This document shows, one piece after another, positions 7,777 to 17,443 of a stretch of 42,368 bases of DNA (position 1 is the stretch's first letter; each line of letters starts with the position of its first letter). The notes beneath the pieces are model-generated. The model was not told the DNA's origin and did no database searches. It saw only the letters and a list, made by a program, of their open reading frames with translations. The position numbers and the translations under genes were made by a program. Source of the DNA: a virus (taxonomy: Duplodnaviria; Caudoviricetes); IMG/VR virus record IMGVR_UViG_3300020439_001107, positions 1-42,368 of that record; one strand, given 5' to 3'.

Positions 7777-8420
7777 AACATACTCCGTATTACTTCATTT
7801 CCCTTTGCACCAGTATGGTGAACTATCTTGGGATTTTTTACTGCTATACCATCTATGTAGTCAATCCTTAAAGTGTTATATGCGTGGGGTAAAGGATTGA
7901 TGTAGGTGAGTTTCTTAATCTCATCTCCCCCCATCATTAGGTATAGCACTTCTTGGTCACCCTGTACTGGGTTAGACTCACACTCTGTTGTCCAATCGTT
8001 GAGTATAGATGGACACCCCTCAACTAATACAACACCAGAGTTATACCATTTACCTAATTCGTTTCGTCTTCTTGTCCATGGTCTATCTTCTACCATGCCT
8101 AATTTATTTGGTTCTGATAAGTCAAAGATATGTTCTATGTTACCTTTAATTTCACAATCGGTGTCTATCCAACATACTTTATCTACACCTCTTGCAACTG
8201 TTTCGATTGCCATAGGTTTCTTAAACCATCCTTTGGCATTTGATATGATAGGCACAACCTCATCAAAAGATGATTCCATAGAACTCCTCATGAACTCTGA
8301 CATACCAAAGTCTGCCAAAACAATCTTTGCTTCTTGATTGTGTTGTCTGAAGTTATCCATGAACCACGGTAGTTGCCACTCCGTCTTATCATCACATCCT
8401 GTTAGAAAGTATTCACGCAT
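7773..8420 (-). CDS. GT8-like glycosyltransferase
   Basis: DxD in WIDTDC, YNSGVV, GDQEVL, IVHHTG. Confidence 0.75.
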   Translation of the reverse strand: MREYFLTGCDDKTEWQLPWFMDNFRQHNQEAKIVLADFGMSEFMRSSMESSFDEVVPIISNAKGWFKKPMAIETVARGVDKVCWIDTDCEIKGNIEHIFDLSEPNKLGMVEDRPWTRRRNELGKWYNSGVVLVEGCPSILNDWTTECESNPVQGDQEVLYLMMGGDEIKKLTYINPLPHAYNTLRIDYIDGIAVKNPKIVHHTGAKGNEVIRSML

Positions 8421-9063
8421 CGATTATCTTATAGTCCTTGTTCCAATTATGTTTTGCTACACATCCTTGTTCGTTCTGGATAGTGGTAAAACTATCATCA
8501 ACATATGCACAGAATGGATAATACTCTTGTAAGAATGGGAAGGTGTCTAGGTTCAGATATAAGTCGGTTGGTTTAGCATGTTTAGATGCTTCTCGTACCA
8601 ACCGACTTGCACCTTCTGGTGTAATCATGTATGCGTGTGCGCCTGGGAAATATCGTTTTGTGGTTAAAGGATTAACTCCAAGAGTTTTGGGAGTATTGAA
8701 ATTTCCATAACTAGGCGCACCGATATTCATTACATACCAGAAATCTACTGTCGGAAGTGGTGCAGTAATAACTGCATCATGTTCAAATATTGTATATACT
8801 TCATCACCCATAGCACATTCTTTCCATAAAGTATAGTGAGATAAGAATGCAGAGATGCAATTTAGATTACGAGAATACTTCTCATCAAAAGCATTGGGTG
8901 GTATAGATTCGTTCTCTAACATCTCAAGTGGTTCATGTTCTAATGGGTTGATAGCACGAAACATTTCTATGTTAGCAAAGTGTTTCTTACCACTTGCAAT
9001 ACATCGTTCAGCAACTTCAATGCTCTGAGGATTCTGTATTAGTGTAATTACTTTTGCTTTCAT
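8413..9063 (-). CDS. GT25 family glycosyltransferase (start revised to MKAKVITL)
   Basis: FLSHYTLW, IFEHDA, GAHAYMITPEGA; ATGA coupling at 9060-9063. Confidence 0.8.
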   Translation of the reverse strand: MKAKVITLIQNPQSIEVAERCIASGKKHFANIEMFRAINPLEHEPLEMLENESIPPNAFDEKYSRNLNCISAFLSHYTLWKECAMGDEVYTIFEHDAVITAPLPTVDFWYVMNIGAPSYGNFNTPKTLGVNPLTTKRYFPGAHAYMITPEGASRLVREASKHAKPTDLYLNLDTFPFLQEYYPFCAYVDDSFTTIQNEQGCVAKHNWNKDYKIIDA

Positions 9064-9776
9064 TGTGTCGTGGTTGATTTCAACCCCTTCTGAACTTCTG
9101 TATAATATGGATACACGATTTGCATCCAAGGAAAGAACTGTCGATTCATTAACGCATCATTAGGCCACATTCCTATTTCTCTTACTTTATCTAGCAGTTT
9201 CTTAGCACCCTTGGGTGTGATGACATATGCAGAGTTTCCTGCCAGTCCTTGTGGCACATCTTTCTCATCTATGTATGGGACAGATTGCACTCCATGTATT
9301 TTTCGTGCAAGTTCGTCAAAGACATATGCTCTACGAGTTGCCCCAATTGGTGAATTAAGTCCCATTATACCACCTTTGAAATACTTTGTCAAGGAAGAAA
9401 AATCAAACTTTCTTTTGAATAATGCATCGTGTTCCAGAACTACAATAGTCTCATTGTTATCAATTGCAGTCTGCCAACATCTCATATGCGAAACCATACA
9501 AGCAATCCTTGATTTGATATTCTTGGTTTCATAATGAGTAAGTCTAAGACCAGTGTTTATATCAACACCATCTTGAGATGCATCTACAGGATAGGTATAC
9601 TTGATATCTTTCATACCAAGTTGCTCCAGATGTTCTTCGATAGTATCAGGAGTTGTTGCAGGTAGAATAACAGGGTCTACTTGACTCTGTGTTTTTTCAA
9701 TTGACTCAATCAATAATCGTGTTGCTATAGTAGCATCGTGATTATTAATCAGAGATATAATGTAACCCTTCAGCAT
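9060..9776 (-). CDS. GT25 family glycosyltransferase
   Basis: YIISL, ACMVSHMRCW, VLEHDA, GNSAYVITPKGAKKLL. Confidence 0.8.
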   Translation of the reverse strand: MLKGYIISLINNHDATIATRLLIESIEKTQSQVDPVILPATTPDTIEEHLEQLGMKDIKYTYPVDASQDGVDINTGLRLTHYETKNIKSRIACMVSHMRCWQTAIDNNETIVVLEHDALFKRKFDFSSLTKYFKGGIMGLNSPIGATRRAYVFDELARKIHGVQSVPYIDEKDVPQGLAGNSAYVITPKGAKKLLDKVREIGMWPNDALMNRQFFPWMQIVYPYYTEVQKGLKSTTTQ

Positions 9777-10485
9777 CTTTCACTAGTTCCCAATCTTTTG
9801 CAGAATATGCTCCACCATGATATGATAAATGATAATGTCCTTGTGACTCAGACAGAACTTGATACCAACCCTCTTCTGCCCCTCTAAGTTTCTTGTCTTT
9901 ATATAGTTGATTAACATAACCCCAATCTAATGCTTCTTTGGGATGAATAATCAATGCATCATTAATATAAAAAGAATCTCTACCCTTGAAACATTTTTGT
10001 AATTCATGGTGATAGGTATTATACTCTGCTCCTTCACTTCGTGTATTGAAACCGTAAGTCATTTCCTCTTCATGACATTTATCAATCCACTCTTGCCAAT
10101 CTATCTGACTAGATACAATTGTTTCATATCTTGCTCTAACAATAACATCTGCTTCTATCTGGTCACATGCCCATGCATGTAATAATATTTGTTTATGCCA
10201 ATGTGCGGATGGTTCTTTTAGTTTTTTAAGTCTTTTAGGTATCTTAGATAACGGTTTACTAAGAATATATCTTCTTCCTCTTGCTTCACCATCAGGATAC
10301 GGATTAGTATCAAACAATGGATGATAAGTATTTACTGGTTCGTCCATACGGAAGTCTGGTTCAAATGGCATCTTGATACCAGTGTAAGTTGCCGTATACA
10401 AATCATCATGAGGAATCCGTTCTCTTAATAAGTCAATATAGTCTTGACCAGTATACATCCCTGATACAACTATAGCAACACTCAC
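9745..10485 (-). CDS. Glycosyltransferase-like protein, paralog of 10482-11195
   Basis: VAIVVSG, DVIVRARYE, INDALIIHP, AEEGWYQVLS; probable GTG start at 10485. Confidence 0.6.
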   Translation of the reverse strand: MSVAIVVSGMYTGQDYIDLLRERIPHDDLYTATYTGIKMPFEPDFRMDEPVNTYHPLFDTNPYPDGEARGRRYILSKPLSKIPKRLKKLKEPSAHWHKQILLHAWACDQIEADVIVRARYETIVSSQIDWQEWIDKCHEEEMTYGFNTRSEGAEYNTYHHELQKCFKGRDSFYINDALIIHPKEALDWGYVNQLYKDKKLRGAEEGWYQVLSESQGHYHLSYHGGAYSAKDWELVKDAEGLHYISD

Positions 10486-11195
10486 ACTAATCTCTCCATC
10501 TGACACCCACCATAATGTGAATAGTGATTATCATCTTTTGATAACACTTGATACCATCCCCATTCGGCAGCCTTTAGTTCCCTGTTGTTATGTAGTTCTG
10601 ATACTTTATCACAGTCCCATAATTTGTATGGGTGAATGATAAGAGTATCCATAAGATAATATCCCCAATCATTATGTTCTGTTAAACCATGCGGAGATAT
10701 TCCTTTATCTTCAGGTGGCATAAACTTAGGGAGTTCATAAACCTGTTCCCATACTTGCCATCTACTTAGTCTTGTACCGAATCCTAACGCACAGTTCTCT
10801 TCGTATGCTTTTCGTATGTAGTTTTCCCATACAGTCTTTGATGACACTACACAATCATGTCTTGTTCTTATAACAACATCACAAGGTTCTATCTGTTCCA
10901 TCAACATATTGTGTTGTAGAATCTGTTTGGTTCTGTGTTGTGTTGTTCCACGAAGACTTTTATTAACCCTACATCGTTCTCTATATTCATGTGCTTTGAA
11001 TGTTGGATAGGGTTTTGTATCTACTACAGGGTGATATTCCATCTCAGGTTCAGGAAATTTGAAGTCTACATCCTCGTCACTAGGCAACCAAGTAGAAGTA
11101 TAGACCGCATCTGGTTTCAGATGCTCTGTCATATTCTTTAGGTTTTTTTGCCAGTTACCTCTGACTTGACCAGAGACAAGGAGTGCGGTCTTCAT
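10482..11195 (-). CDS. Glycosyltransferase-like protein (ALLVSGQxR / DxVIRxRxD type)
   Basis: KTALLVSGQVR, DVVIRTRHD, AEWGWYQVLS; start revised to ATG 11195. Confidence 0.6.
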   Translation of the reverse strand: MKTALLVSGQVRGNWQKNLKNMTEHLKPDAVYTSTWLPSDEDVDFKFPEPEMEYHPVVDTKPYPTFKAHEYRERCRVNKSLRGTTQHRTKQILQHNMLMEQIEPCDVVIRTRHDCVVSSKTVWENYIRKAYEENCALGFGTRLSRWQVWEQVYELPKFMPPEDKGISPHGLTEHNDWGYYLMDTLIIHPYKLWDCDKVSELHNNRELKAAEWGWYQVLSKDDNHYSHYGGCQMERLV

Positions 11196-12568
11196 GACTT
11201 GAAGTTCTCCAAATAATATCGTAAGTCTTCTGGTGTTCCTAGTCCCCACATCTTAGAAGCAGTGTGAGTAAATATTTTCTTATCATCTGCAATTGCTTGG
11301 TTGAATACTGGACATACATAGAACTCGTTGTTTACACGAATATCCTTTTCAATCATTTCCTCTGCATAATTTACAAAGTCCTTACCCTTTGCCCAGTAAT
11401 AATATCCTACTGTTGCTTGATTACTGATAGGATTCTTTTCTGCGACTTCGGTTACAAGACCATTCTCATCTGTCTTTGCGAATGACCACTTAGGGTGAGT
11501 TGCTTCGAAGGTAACGATACCACCGTCAGCACCTTTCTCATTCATTGCGTACATGAACTCCATTACATCCCATTCGACATACTGGTCAGAGTTTGCAAAG
11601 AATAATGGGTTATCATTATTAATCAGGTCTTTTGCTAGTAATGCCGTACAGGCTGCTCCTTCGGTAATACCATCAACATCGATAATCTTACAATCAGGTG
11701 CAATCAATCCTAACATCGTATCCAAGTTAAATTGTTCACGGTGTTCTTTCTGTACCACAAAGATATAGTTTGCTTCTAGACCTAGGTTATCTACTACGGT
11801 CTGAATCATTGGTTTGCCATTGACATCAATCAATGGTTTAGGGAATGTGTATCCTGCTTCACGGAAACGAGTTCCTGCTCCTGCCATAGGAATCAGGACA
11901 TTAAGTTTATCATTCTTCCATTTTTTACTCATCTTATTTCCTTTAATCTTAGGGAATATATTATCTATGGTCACATCATAAGGGTTGTCTACTCGTATAT
12001 ATTCTGCTCTACTGCGTTGGGCTGCCAACAATCCAGGCGGTGAATCCTCGACAATCACAGTCTCCTCTGGTAGAACACCCATCATGGACATTGCTTTCCA
12101 ATACATCTCTGGATGTGGTTTACCATTCTTAACATCCTCATTAGATAGAATGACTGAACAGTGATGTATTAGTTTTGTTTTAGAGAGTGATGTTAGAACT
12201 GACCTACGAATAGAGTTAGAACAGACACCAATCATATATCCATCATCTTCTAGTTTTTGAAACAATTCACAGATTGCATCAATAGGTTCTAACTTACTGA
12301 GCAGTTGTCTGGTGTATAATTGTTTCCCTGCGGATATTTGTTCGTGCCACTCTTTGGGTAAACCCTTCTTCTTGGTTAACATTTCAAGTTTCTGAGTGGT
12401 CTTCAAACCATCATAAGTTGAAGTATGTTCTTCTTCACTTATTGTATAGTCTGTTTCAAATTTGCTATATGCACTGATATATTCAATCGCATCATTCAAT
12501 GCAACATAATGTATTTTCTTGGCATCAATCAGAACACCATCTAAATCAAATAGAACTAGTTTTATCAT
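11192..12568 (-). CDS. HAD phosphatase fused to sugar nucleotidyltransferase (BcbE-like)
   Basis: FDLDGVL, KPHP, EDSPPG followed by IPMAGAGTRF, PKPLIDVNGKPMI, EK, NNEFYVCP, LGTPED. Confidence 0.85.
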   Translation of the reverse strand: MIKLVLFDLDGVLIDAKKIHYVALNDAIEYISAYSKFETDYTISEEEHTSTYDGLKTTQKLEMLTKKKGLPKEWHEQISAGKQLYTRQLLSKLEPIDAICELFQKLEDDGYMIGVCSNSIRRSVLTSLSKTKLIHHCSVILSNEDVKNGKPHPEMYWKAMSMMGVLPEETVIVEDSPPGLLAAQRSRAEYIRVDNPYDVTIDNIFPKIKGNKMSKKWKNDKLNVLIPMAGAGTRFREAGYTFPKPLIDVNGKPMIQTVVDNLGLEANYIFVVQKEHREQFNLDTMLGLIAPDCKIIDVDGITEGAACTALLAKDLINNDNPLFFANSDQYVEWDVMEFMYAMNEKGADGGIVTFEATHPKWSFAKTDENGLVTEVAEKNPISNQATVGYYYWAKGKDFVNYAEEMIEKDIRVNNEFYVCPVFNQAIADDKKIFTHTASKMWGLGTPEDLRYYLENFKS

Positions 12569-13188
12569 TTCTTTATCGCAATAATGTAAGTGTCACCACA
12601 ATGGGTTTCTTTTCTTCGGTCATGATGTTTAGTTTTATATCGGTCTAGTTGCGTTATAAACATATTGTATTGCAACATATTAAATCTCTCAGGTTGTTTT
12701 AATAACCAAGGGTGGTCGAGTTCACTTTGACTCATCCTGTCCATAGGCCACACATCTTCGATAAAGTATGTTCCGTCATCCTTTAGAAATGGCATAATAT
12801 TTTTGAATGTCTTCAAATTTGCTTCAGGCCAGTGCGCTCCATCATCGATAATGAAATCAAACTTAATGTCATCCCATTCGTTTCTTATTTTCGTACCAAC
12901 AGATGCATCCATAGAATTTGCCTTCAACCATCGAACTCGACTCTCTTTTAGAATCGGTATATGCGCTGGTTTAGTTCTTTGGAAGATATCTATCGTATAG
13001 ATGTTTGCCTTCGGAAAGTAATCATGGAATGCTTGAGTAGATGCACCAAGATATGTGCCTATCTCTAGCAAGTTAATCGGTTCATCTTTTACCGACTCAA
13101 AGTATTTTTCATACTCCATGTAGTAGTGATGTTTTTTTGTGCCTTTATCACAATCGTAATTATCAAATAGTGTCTTTAAGTCCATCAA
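12565..13188 (-). CDS. Class I SAM-dependent methyltransferase (sugar O-methyltransferase-like)
   Basis: CDKG..HHY, LLEIG, FIIDDGAH, GTYFIEDV. Confidence 0.8.
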   Translation of the reverse strand: MMDLKTLFDNYDCDKGTKKHHYYMEYEKYFESVKDEPINLLEIGTYLGASTQAFHDYFPKANIYTIDIFQRTKPAHIPILKESRVRWLKANSMDASVGTKIRNEWDDIKFDFIIDDGAHWPEANLKTFKNIMPFLKDDGTYFIEDVWPMDRMSQSELDHPWLLKQPERFNMLQYNMFITQLDRYKTKHHDRRKETHCGDTYIIAIKK

Positions 13189-13726
13189 GTCTTTCCCACT
13201 TACAATACCATCTATTTCTATCTGGCATCCATTCTGTTATAGTATAATCGTATTTATTAGCAAAGAAAAGCATCCATTCAAGTGTCCAGTGAAAGAAAGG
13301 TATCTCATTTACTTTTGGATTCTCGTGGTCACGGTTACTTGGGTTGACTCTCCAATAAATTCTAGAGTTCGGAACTAGGCATTTAGTAATAGCATCAATC
13401 TGCTTATCGATAATTTCTGCATCCCCAAAGTTGATACTACCTAAACAAAAGGCAACATCAAATAATCTTTTACCAACACTGTCCCATTCTTCTATTGCAG
13501 TATTGGGTATGTCTGCACCTATATCTGTGATATCGATACCGACAAGATGGTCAAGGTGACGAGAAAAAGGATTGATTCCACAACCCACATCAAGGACGGT
13601 TTCGTTCTCTTTGATTTCCTCAATGAGTTTGAATCCAGTCCAATAGTATCCGTCAAGTCCTGCCGTTCTTGTCCCAGGCCAGTCATAGGTAAAGTAGTTC
13701 CTTAACCATTCTCTGTCATAGTCCAT
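13163..13726 (-). CDS. Class I SAM-dependent methyltransferase
   Basis: VLDVGCG, VGIDI, FDVAFCLGSINFG. Confidence 0.75.
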   Translation of the reverse strand: MDYDREWLRNYFTYDWPGTRTAGLDGYYWTGFKLIEEIKENETVLDVGCGINPFSRHLDHLVGIDITDIGADIPNTAIEEWDSVGKRLFDVAFCLGSINFGDAEIIDKQIDAITKCLVPNSRIYWRVNPSNRDHENPKVNEIPFFHWTLEWMLFFANKYDYTITEWMPDRNRWYCKWERLDGLKDTI

Positions 13727-14226
13727 ATATAATAATCTCGTTTGCCATCATTATGTTTTTCAAGTCCTTGCTCTTCTACAAATCTTAGAATGTGTTTGTT
13801 CTGTAATTTGATTTGAGACATCAGACCTTCATCATCAATGTAATAGTTTTTATAATTGGGATAACTGATATCCCATCCACCTGCTTCATGCCACCAGTCA
13901 AAACATTCTTGGTCTGGACGGTATACTATATGTATGTCATCCTTAAATTGCGTTAACCAATCTAATTGATAGGCAAATAAATGTGACTTGATGACACGGA
14001 ATCCAACACCTTCATCATCGAAGGGTAAGTCCCAACTCTGAGGAAAGTTATTGAATTCCATACCTGAATCAAAGTATGCTCCACGATGCATGATTTGTCC
14101 ATTGACTTTATACTCTCTATCTTGTCTAAAGTCAGACTTGTCAATATCATCACGAACATATAGATGGTCTTCTACATATCCAGACCACCTAGACCCAGGC
14201 GCACCAGTCACAAATATATACTTCAT
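13702..14226 (-). CDS. Sulfotransferase-like P-loop protein
   Basis: IFVTGAPGSRWS, VIKSH, IVYRP resemble 5'-PSB and 3'-PB motifs. Confidence 0.5.
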   Translation of the reverse strand: MKYIFVTGAPGSRWSGYVEDHLYVRDDIDKSDFRQDREYKVNGQIMHRGAYFDSGMEFNNFPQSWDLPFDDEGVGFRVIKSHLFAYQLDWLTQFKDDIHIVYRPDQECFDWWHEAGGWDISYPNYKNYYIDDEGLMSQIKLQNKHILRFVEEQGLEKHNDGKRDYYIWTMTENG

Positions 14227-15377
14227 CGATACAAGACTTCCAAAGGAAAAACTAAATCTGATTTATATATCGATTTCAAACCAAGAGCATTCTGATTGAA
14301 TGTCACCATAGTTCTTAGTGTATCTTGAGTAATCAAAGTCATGAGTTGGTCTCTATGAGAATCACCCCAGTCACCAGTGAACCAGTCATACTTACCAACC
14401 TTTTCTTCGATTGCTTTGATTGACTCTGGATTAGTCGCAACTTGATTCATTGCTTCTACAAGTCTATCACGATATGGATTATCTTTTGATACCCATAATG
14501 CTTTCTGTAGACCATCACGGAATGATTTCAATAGTACATATGCATTGTAGAAATCACCAGAAGGTTTCTTACCCCACTTCTCATAGTACAGGTCTTCAAA
14601 TTGACATTCACAGGTAAGATAGTTAGGGTCATCAACATGACCTTCTTCTGACATTACCCCATGATGAAACCATACTTCTGCATCTTCATTTCCTGCCACA
14701 TGTTTTAGATACGCCGCAGGATTCTCACGAGTTGCAGTAAGTTCTCCTCTACGGAATGCAAGTCTTCGTTCACCCCCAGACATACCTTTTACCCATGTAA
14801 TCTTGTTTTCGAAACAAGCAACATATCCATGTACAGTGTTCTCAGGTGGACACATCAACATAGTCATTGCATATGCTTCTGGTGTCATACCTGAACCTGC
14901 GGAGAAAGATACTTTATCTGGAAAAGTTTCTAGAGTTTTTAGTTTACCTACAATGATATTCAGATTCATCAATCCAATAGATGCGTAGTCACCATAGTTA
15001 TAGTCAACCTCTTCTTGTAAGAATGAGATACCATTACCACCATGAGATACCATAATATTAGATGGGTCTGATTGTAGTTCGTTATGGAACTCATTGAATC
15101 CACCAATGTCACGAGCAGAAGGTAGATGCACAAGTTTAATTGGTGCGTCTGTATACTTCTCTAACTCTTTTGCAACAATGGTTGCCCAAACAGATGTTCC
15201 ACCACCCACTTTCTGTGGGATGATTAAGTTATAAGAATCAGGTGCAGGAAGTTCATCATTTGCTTGTGCAGATGCCCATTCCAGACCTTCAAAGAAACCA
15301 TCGTCTGTTGAAAAAGCAGGGATGGTAAGTAGTCCGACTATGAATAGTCCAAAGAGGATTTTTTTAAGATACCCCAT
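14223..15377 (-). CDS. tctC: Tripartite tricarboxylate transporter substrate-binding protein (TctC/Bug-like)
   Basis: Signal peptide; LIIPQKVGGGTSVWA resembles the Bug motif VPxxxGGxxD; adjacent to tctA. Confidence 0.65.
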   Translation of the reverse strand: MGYLKKILFGLFIVGLLTIPAFSTDDGFFEGLEWASAQANDELPAPDSYNLIIPQKVGGGTSVWATIVAKELEKYTDAPIKLVHLPSARDIGGFNEFHNELQSDPSNIMVSHGGNGISFLQEEVDYNYGDYASIGLMNLNIIVGKLKTLETFPDKVSFSAGSGMTPEAYAMTMLMCPPENTVHGYVACFENKITWVKGMSGGERRLAFRRGELTATRENPAAYLKHVAGNEDAEVWFHHGVMSEEGHVDDPNYLTCECQFEDLYYEKWGKKPSGDFYNAYVLLKSFRDGLQKALWVSKDNPYRDRLVEAMNQVATNPESIKAIEEKVGKYDWFTGDWGDSHRDQLMTLITQDTLRTMVTFNQNALGLKSIYKSDLVFPLEVLYR

Positions 15378-16765
15378 GTTAATACTCCTAAAGTTAGTAT
15401 CATGAGTGTAACAAATATCGGTCTCGTAATAAGAGTTTCAATTGTATACAACCCATTGACTTGTAAAGTCATGTTTTCGATTCGTTCTGATAGAATGAAT
15501 CCTATAAGTAATGCAGGTCTACTAAATCCAAATCTCTTTGCAGTCAGACCTATAATACTGCAAAGGATTATCATAATATAATCTTCCCATCCACCTGTGT
15601 ATTGAACACATGCCCATACGACAAATGCCAATAGGAATGGAAAATAATACTTGTAGGGAACTTGTGTTATCTTAGCAATCCAGTTTGTCCCTAATAAACA
15701 TATGATTGCAACGACTATACTACCACATAGAAACCCAAATGTCAAGGAAGAAAAGAATTTTTCGTCAGCAATCAAGTCAATTGACCCTAACTCAAAATTC
15801 AGATACGCAAACAATGACATCAGGACTGCGGTAAATGGTGCGCCTGGAATTCCAAACAATACGGCAGGAAGCATAGATGTTGCTTTCTGTGAATTGTTTG
15901 CTCCTTCTGCACCAATGATACCTCTTATGTTGCCTTTACCAAAAGCAGGTTTAGGGTTTGGTGTAGATGCTACTGCTTGTCCATAAGCAATCCAATCTGC
16001 GACTGCACCACCTAAAGCAGGTAATGCACCTATGAATGCACCTATCACTCCACCCCTAAGTGCTAACCATCGATGTTTCCATACTGCCAACATACCTTCA
16101 AGAGTCCCACCTTGGGATACTCTTGCAGTCTGTCCTCTTTGGAAACCAGTCAATAGTTCTGGTATAGCAAACAACCCTGCAACCATAGGCATCAATTGAA
16201 TACCGTCTTCCAGATAAAACCAACCAAGGGTAAATCTTTCAGATGCGGTATTGGGGTCAGTCCCAATTGCTCCAAGGAATACACCAGAGAACAATGCGAC
16301 CAACCCCTTTATCCAATTATTACTTGCTATGAAAACAACAAAGGCAAAAGCAAGTATTGTAAATGCCCACAATTCTGGAACACCAAATATCAACATCAAT
16401 TGAGCATAAAATGGTAAGAACAAAAATACTAGAGAACCCCACAACAAACCATTTAATGTTGAAGTGGTAACCGCAGCTGACAGAGTGTAAGTTGCCTTAC
16501 CCTGTTGTGCTAACGGAAACCCATCAACCATAGCAGTTGCGGCGCTGTTTGCGCCTGGGATTCCTAGAAGTATTCCAGTATAACTGTCACCAGTGGTTGA
16601 CGCAGATACGACTGCCATGCAGAATATTACTGCTAGGTATGGGTCAGGAAACAGATGGATAAAACCAAAGACTGCTAACAACCCAGTTGTCGCACCAGCG
16701 GCAGGTATAACCCCAATGAGCAAACCATACAGGACTCCTAGTAATAGGACTCCTAGTTCAATCAT
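15338..16765 (-). CDS. tctA: Tripartite tricarboxylate transporter permease TctA
   Basis: Many TM helices; ILLGIPG, DGFPLAQQGKA, FGKGNIRGIIGAEGANNS, LFGIPG. Confidence 0.9.
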   Translation of the reverse strand: MIELGVLLLGVLYGLLIGVIPAAGATTGLLAVFGFIHLFPDPYLAVIFCMAVVSASTTGDSYTGILLGIPGANSAATAMVDGFPLAQQGKATYTLSAAVTTSTLNGLLWGSLVFLFLPFYAQLMLIFGVPELWAFTILAFAFVVFIASNNWIKGLVALFSGVFLGAIGTDPNTASERFTLGWFYLEDGIQLMPMVAGLFAIPELLTGFQRGQTARVSQGGTLEGMLAVWKHRWLALRGGVIGAFIGALPALGGAVADWIAYGQAVASTPNPKPAFGKGNIRGIIGAEGANNSQKATSMLPAVLFGIPGAPFTAVLMSLFAYLNFELGSIDLIADEKFFSSLTFGFLCGSIVVAIICLLGTNWIAKITQVPYKYYFPFLLAFVVWACVQYTGGWEDYIMIILCSIIGLTAKRFGFSRPALLIGFILSERIENMTLQVNGLYTIETLITRPIFVTLMILTLGVLTWGILKKSSLDYS

Positions 16766-17388
16766 TAGAATTTATATTTGAATGCCAGTGTGGTGTATAA
16801 AGATTTCTTGTCTAGATTATCGTCCACTTGATACCAAATTCCAGGCGCAATGGCAAATCTTCCAATCTTTCTTTCATACTCAAAAATAGTCAGGATATTC
16901 TCAAGGTCACCATCGTCTACACCATCTTTACCTAGTGCGAAACGAGGGTTCACAGAGATTTTAATCTTGTTTTTATCCCACTTATATTGGTAACCCAATT
17001 GAATCCAAGGACGGATATATTCATCCTTACCTTCTTGGTGACGGAACTCAAATCGTTTACCGATTGAGAATCCTCTCCATTTGAATCCAACTATATCGAA
17101 TCTAGGACGGTGTTCATACTTACCGTTGTTATCCCAGTATTGATATTGGAGTTTTATTTTGCCATCCCAAACCTTTGTACCAATTTGGAAATGTGATTTG
17201 TCCTTACCCCAGTCCCCATTTGGGCCTTCTGTGTAAGAACGATAACGGATATGCCAGTCATCTGCAAAGTTAACTTGATAGTTCATTTGATGCCTATCAA
17301 AGTCATCCGCATACGCTGGTATAGAGAACATAGTAGTTAGAAAAGCGCCTACTACGAGCGCAGTTAGTTTAAGTTTCATTTTTTTCAC
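16765..17388 (-). CDS. Small outer-membrane beta-barrel (KdgM/DUF2490-like porin)
   Basis: Signal peptide ending AYA; alternating amphipathic strands (EHRPR, RFEFR); C-terminal YKF. Confidence 0.7.
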   Translation of the reverse strand: MKKMKLKLTALVVGAFLTTMFSIPAYADDFDRHQMNYQVNFADDWHIRYRSYTEGPNGDWGKDKSHFQIGTKVWDGKIKLQYQYWDNNGKYEHRPRFDIVGFKWRGFSIGKRFEFRHQEGKDEYIRPWIQLGYQYKWDKNKIKISVNPRFALGKDGVDDGDLENILTIFEYERKIGRFAIAPGIWYQVDDNLDKKSLYTTLAFKYKF

Positions 17389-17424
17389 TCTCTTAATGTA
17401 ATTGTAAGATTATTCTTACCCAGT

Positions 17425-17432
17425 TATTTATA
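17425..17432 (-). promoter_or_regulatory. T4-type late promoter TATAAATA
   Basis: Exact consensus in the gap upstream of the porin-tctA-tctC run. Confidence 0.75.
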
Positions 17433-17443
17433 AGGTTTTGTCC

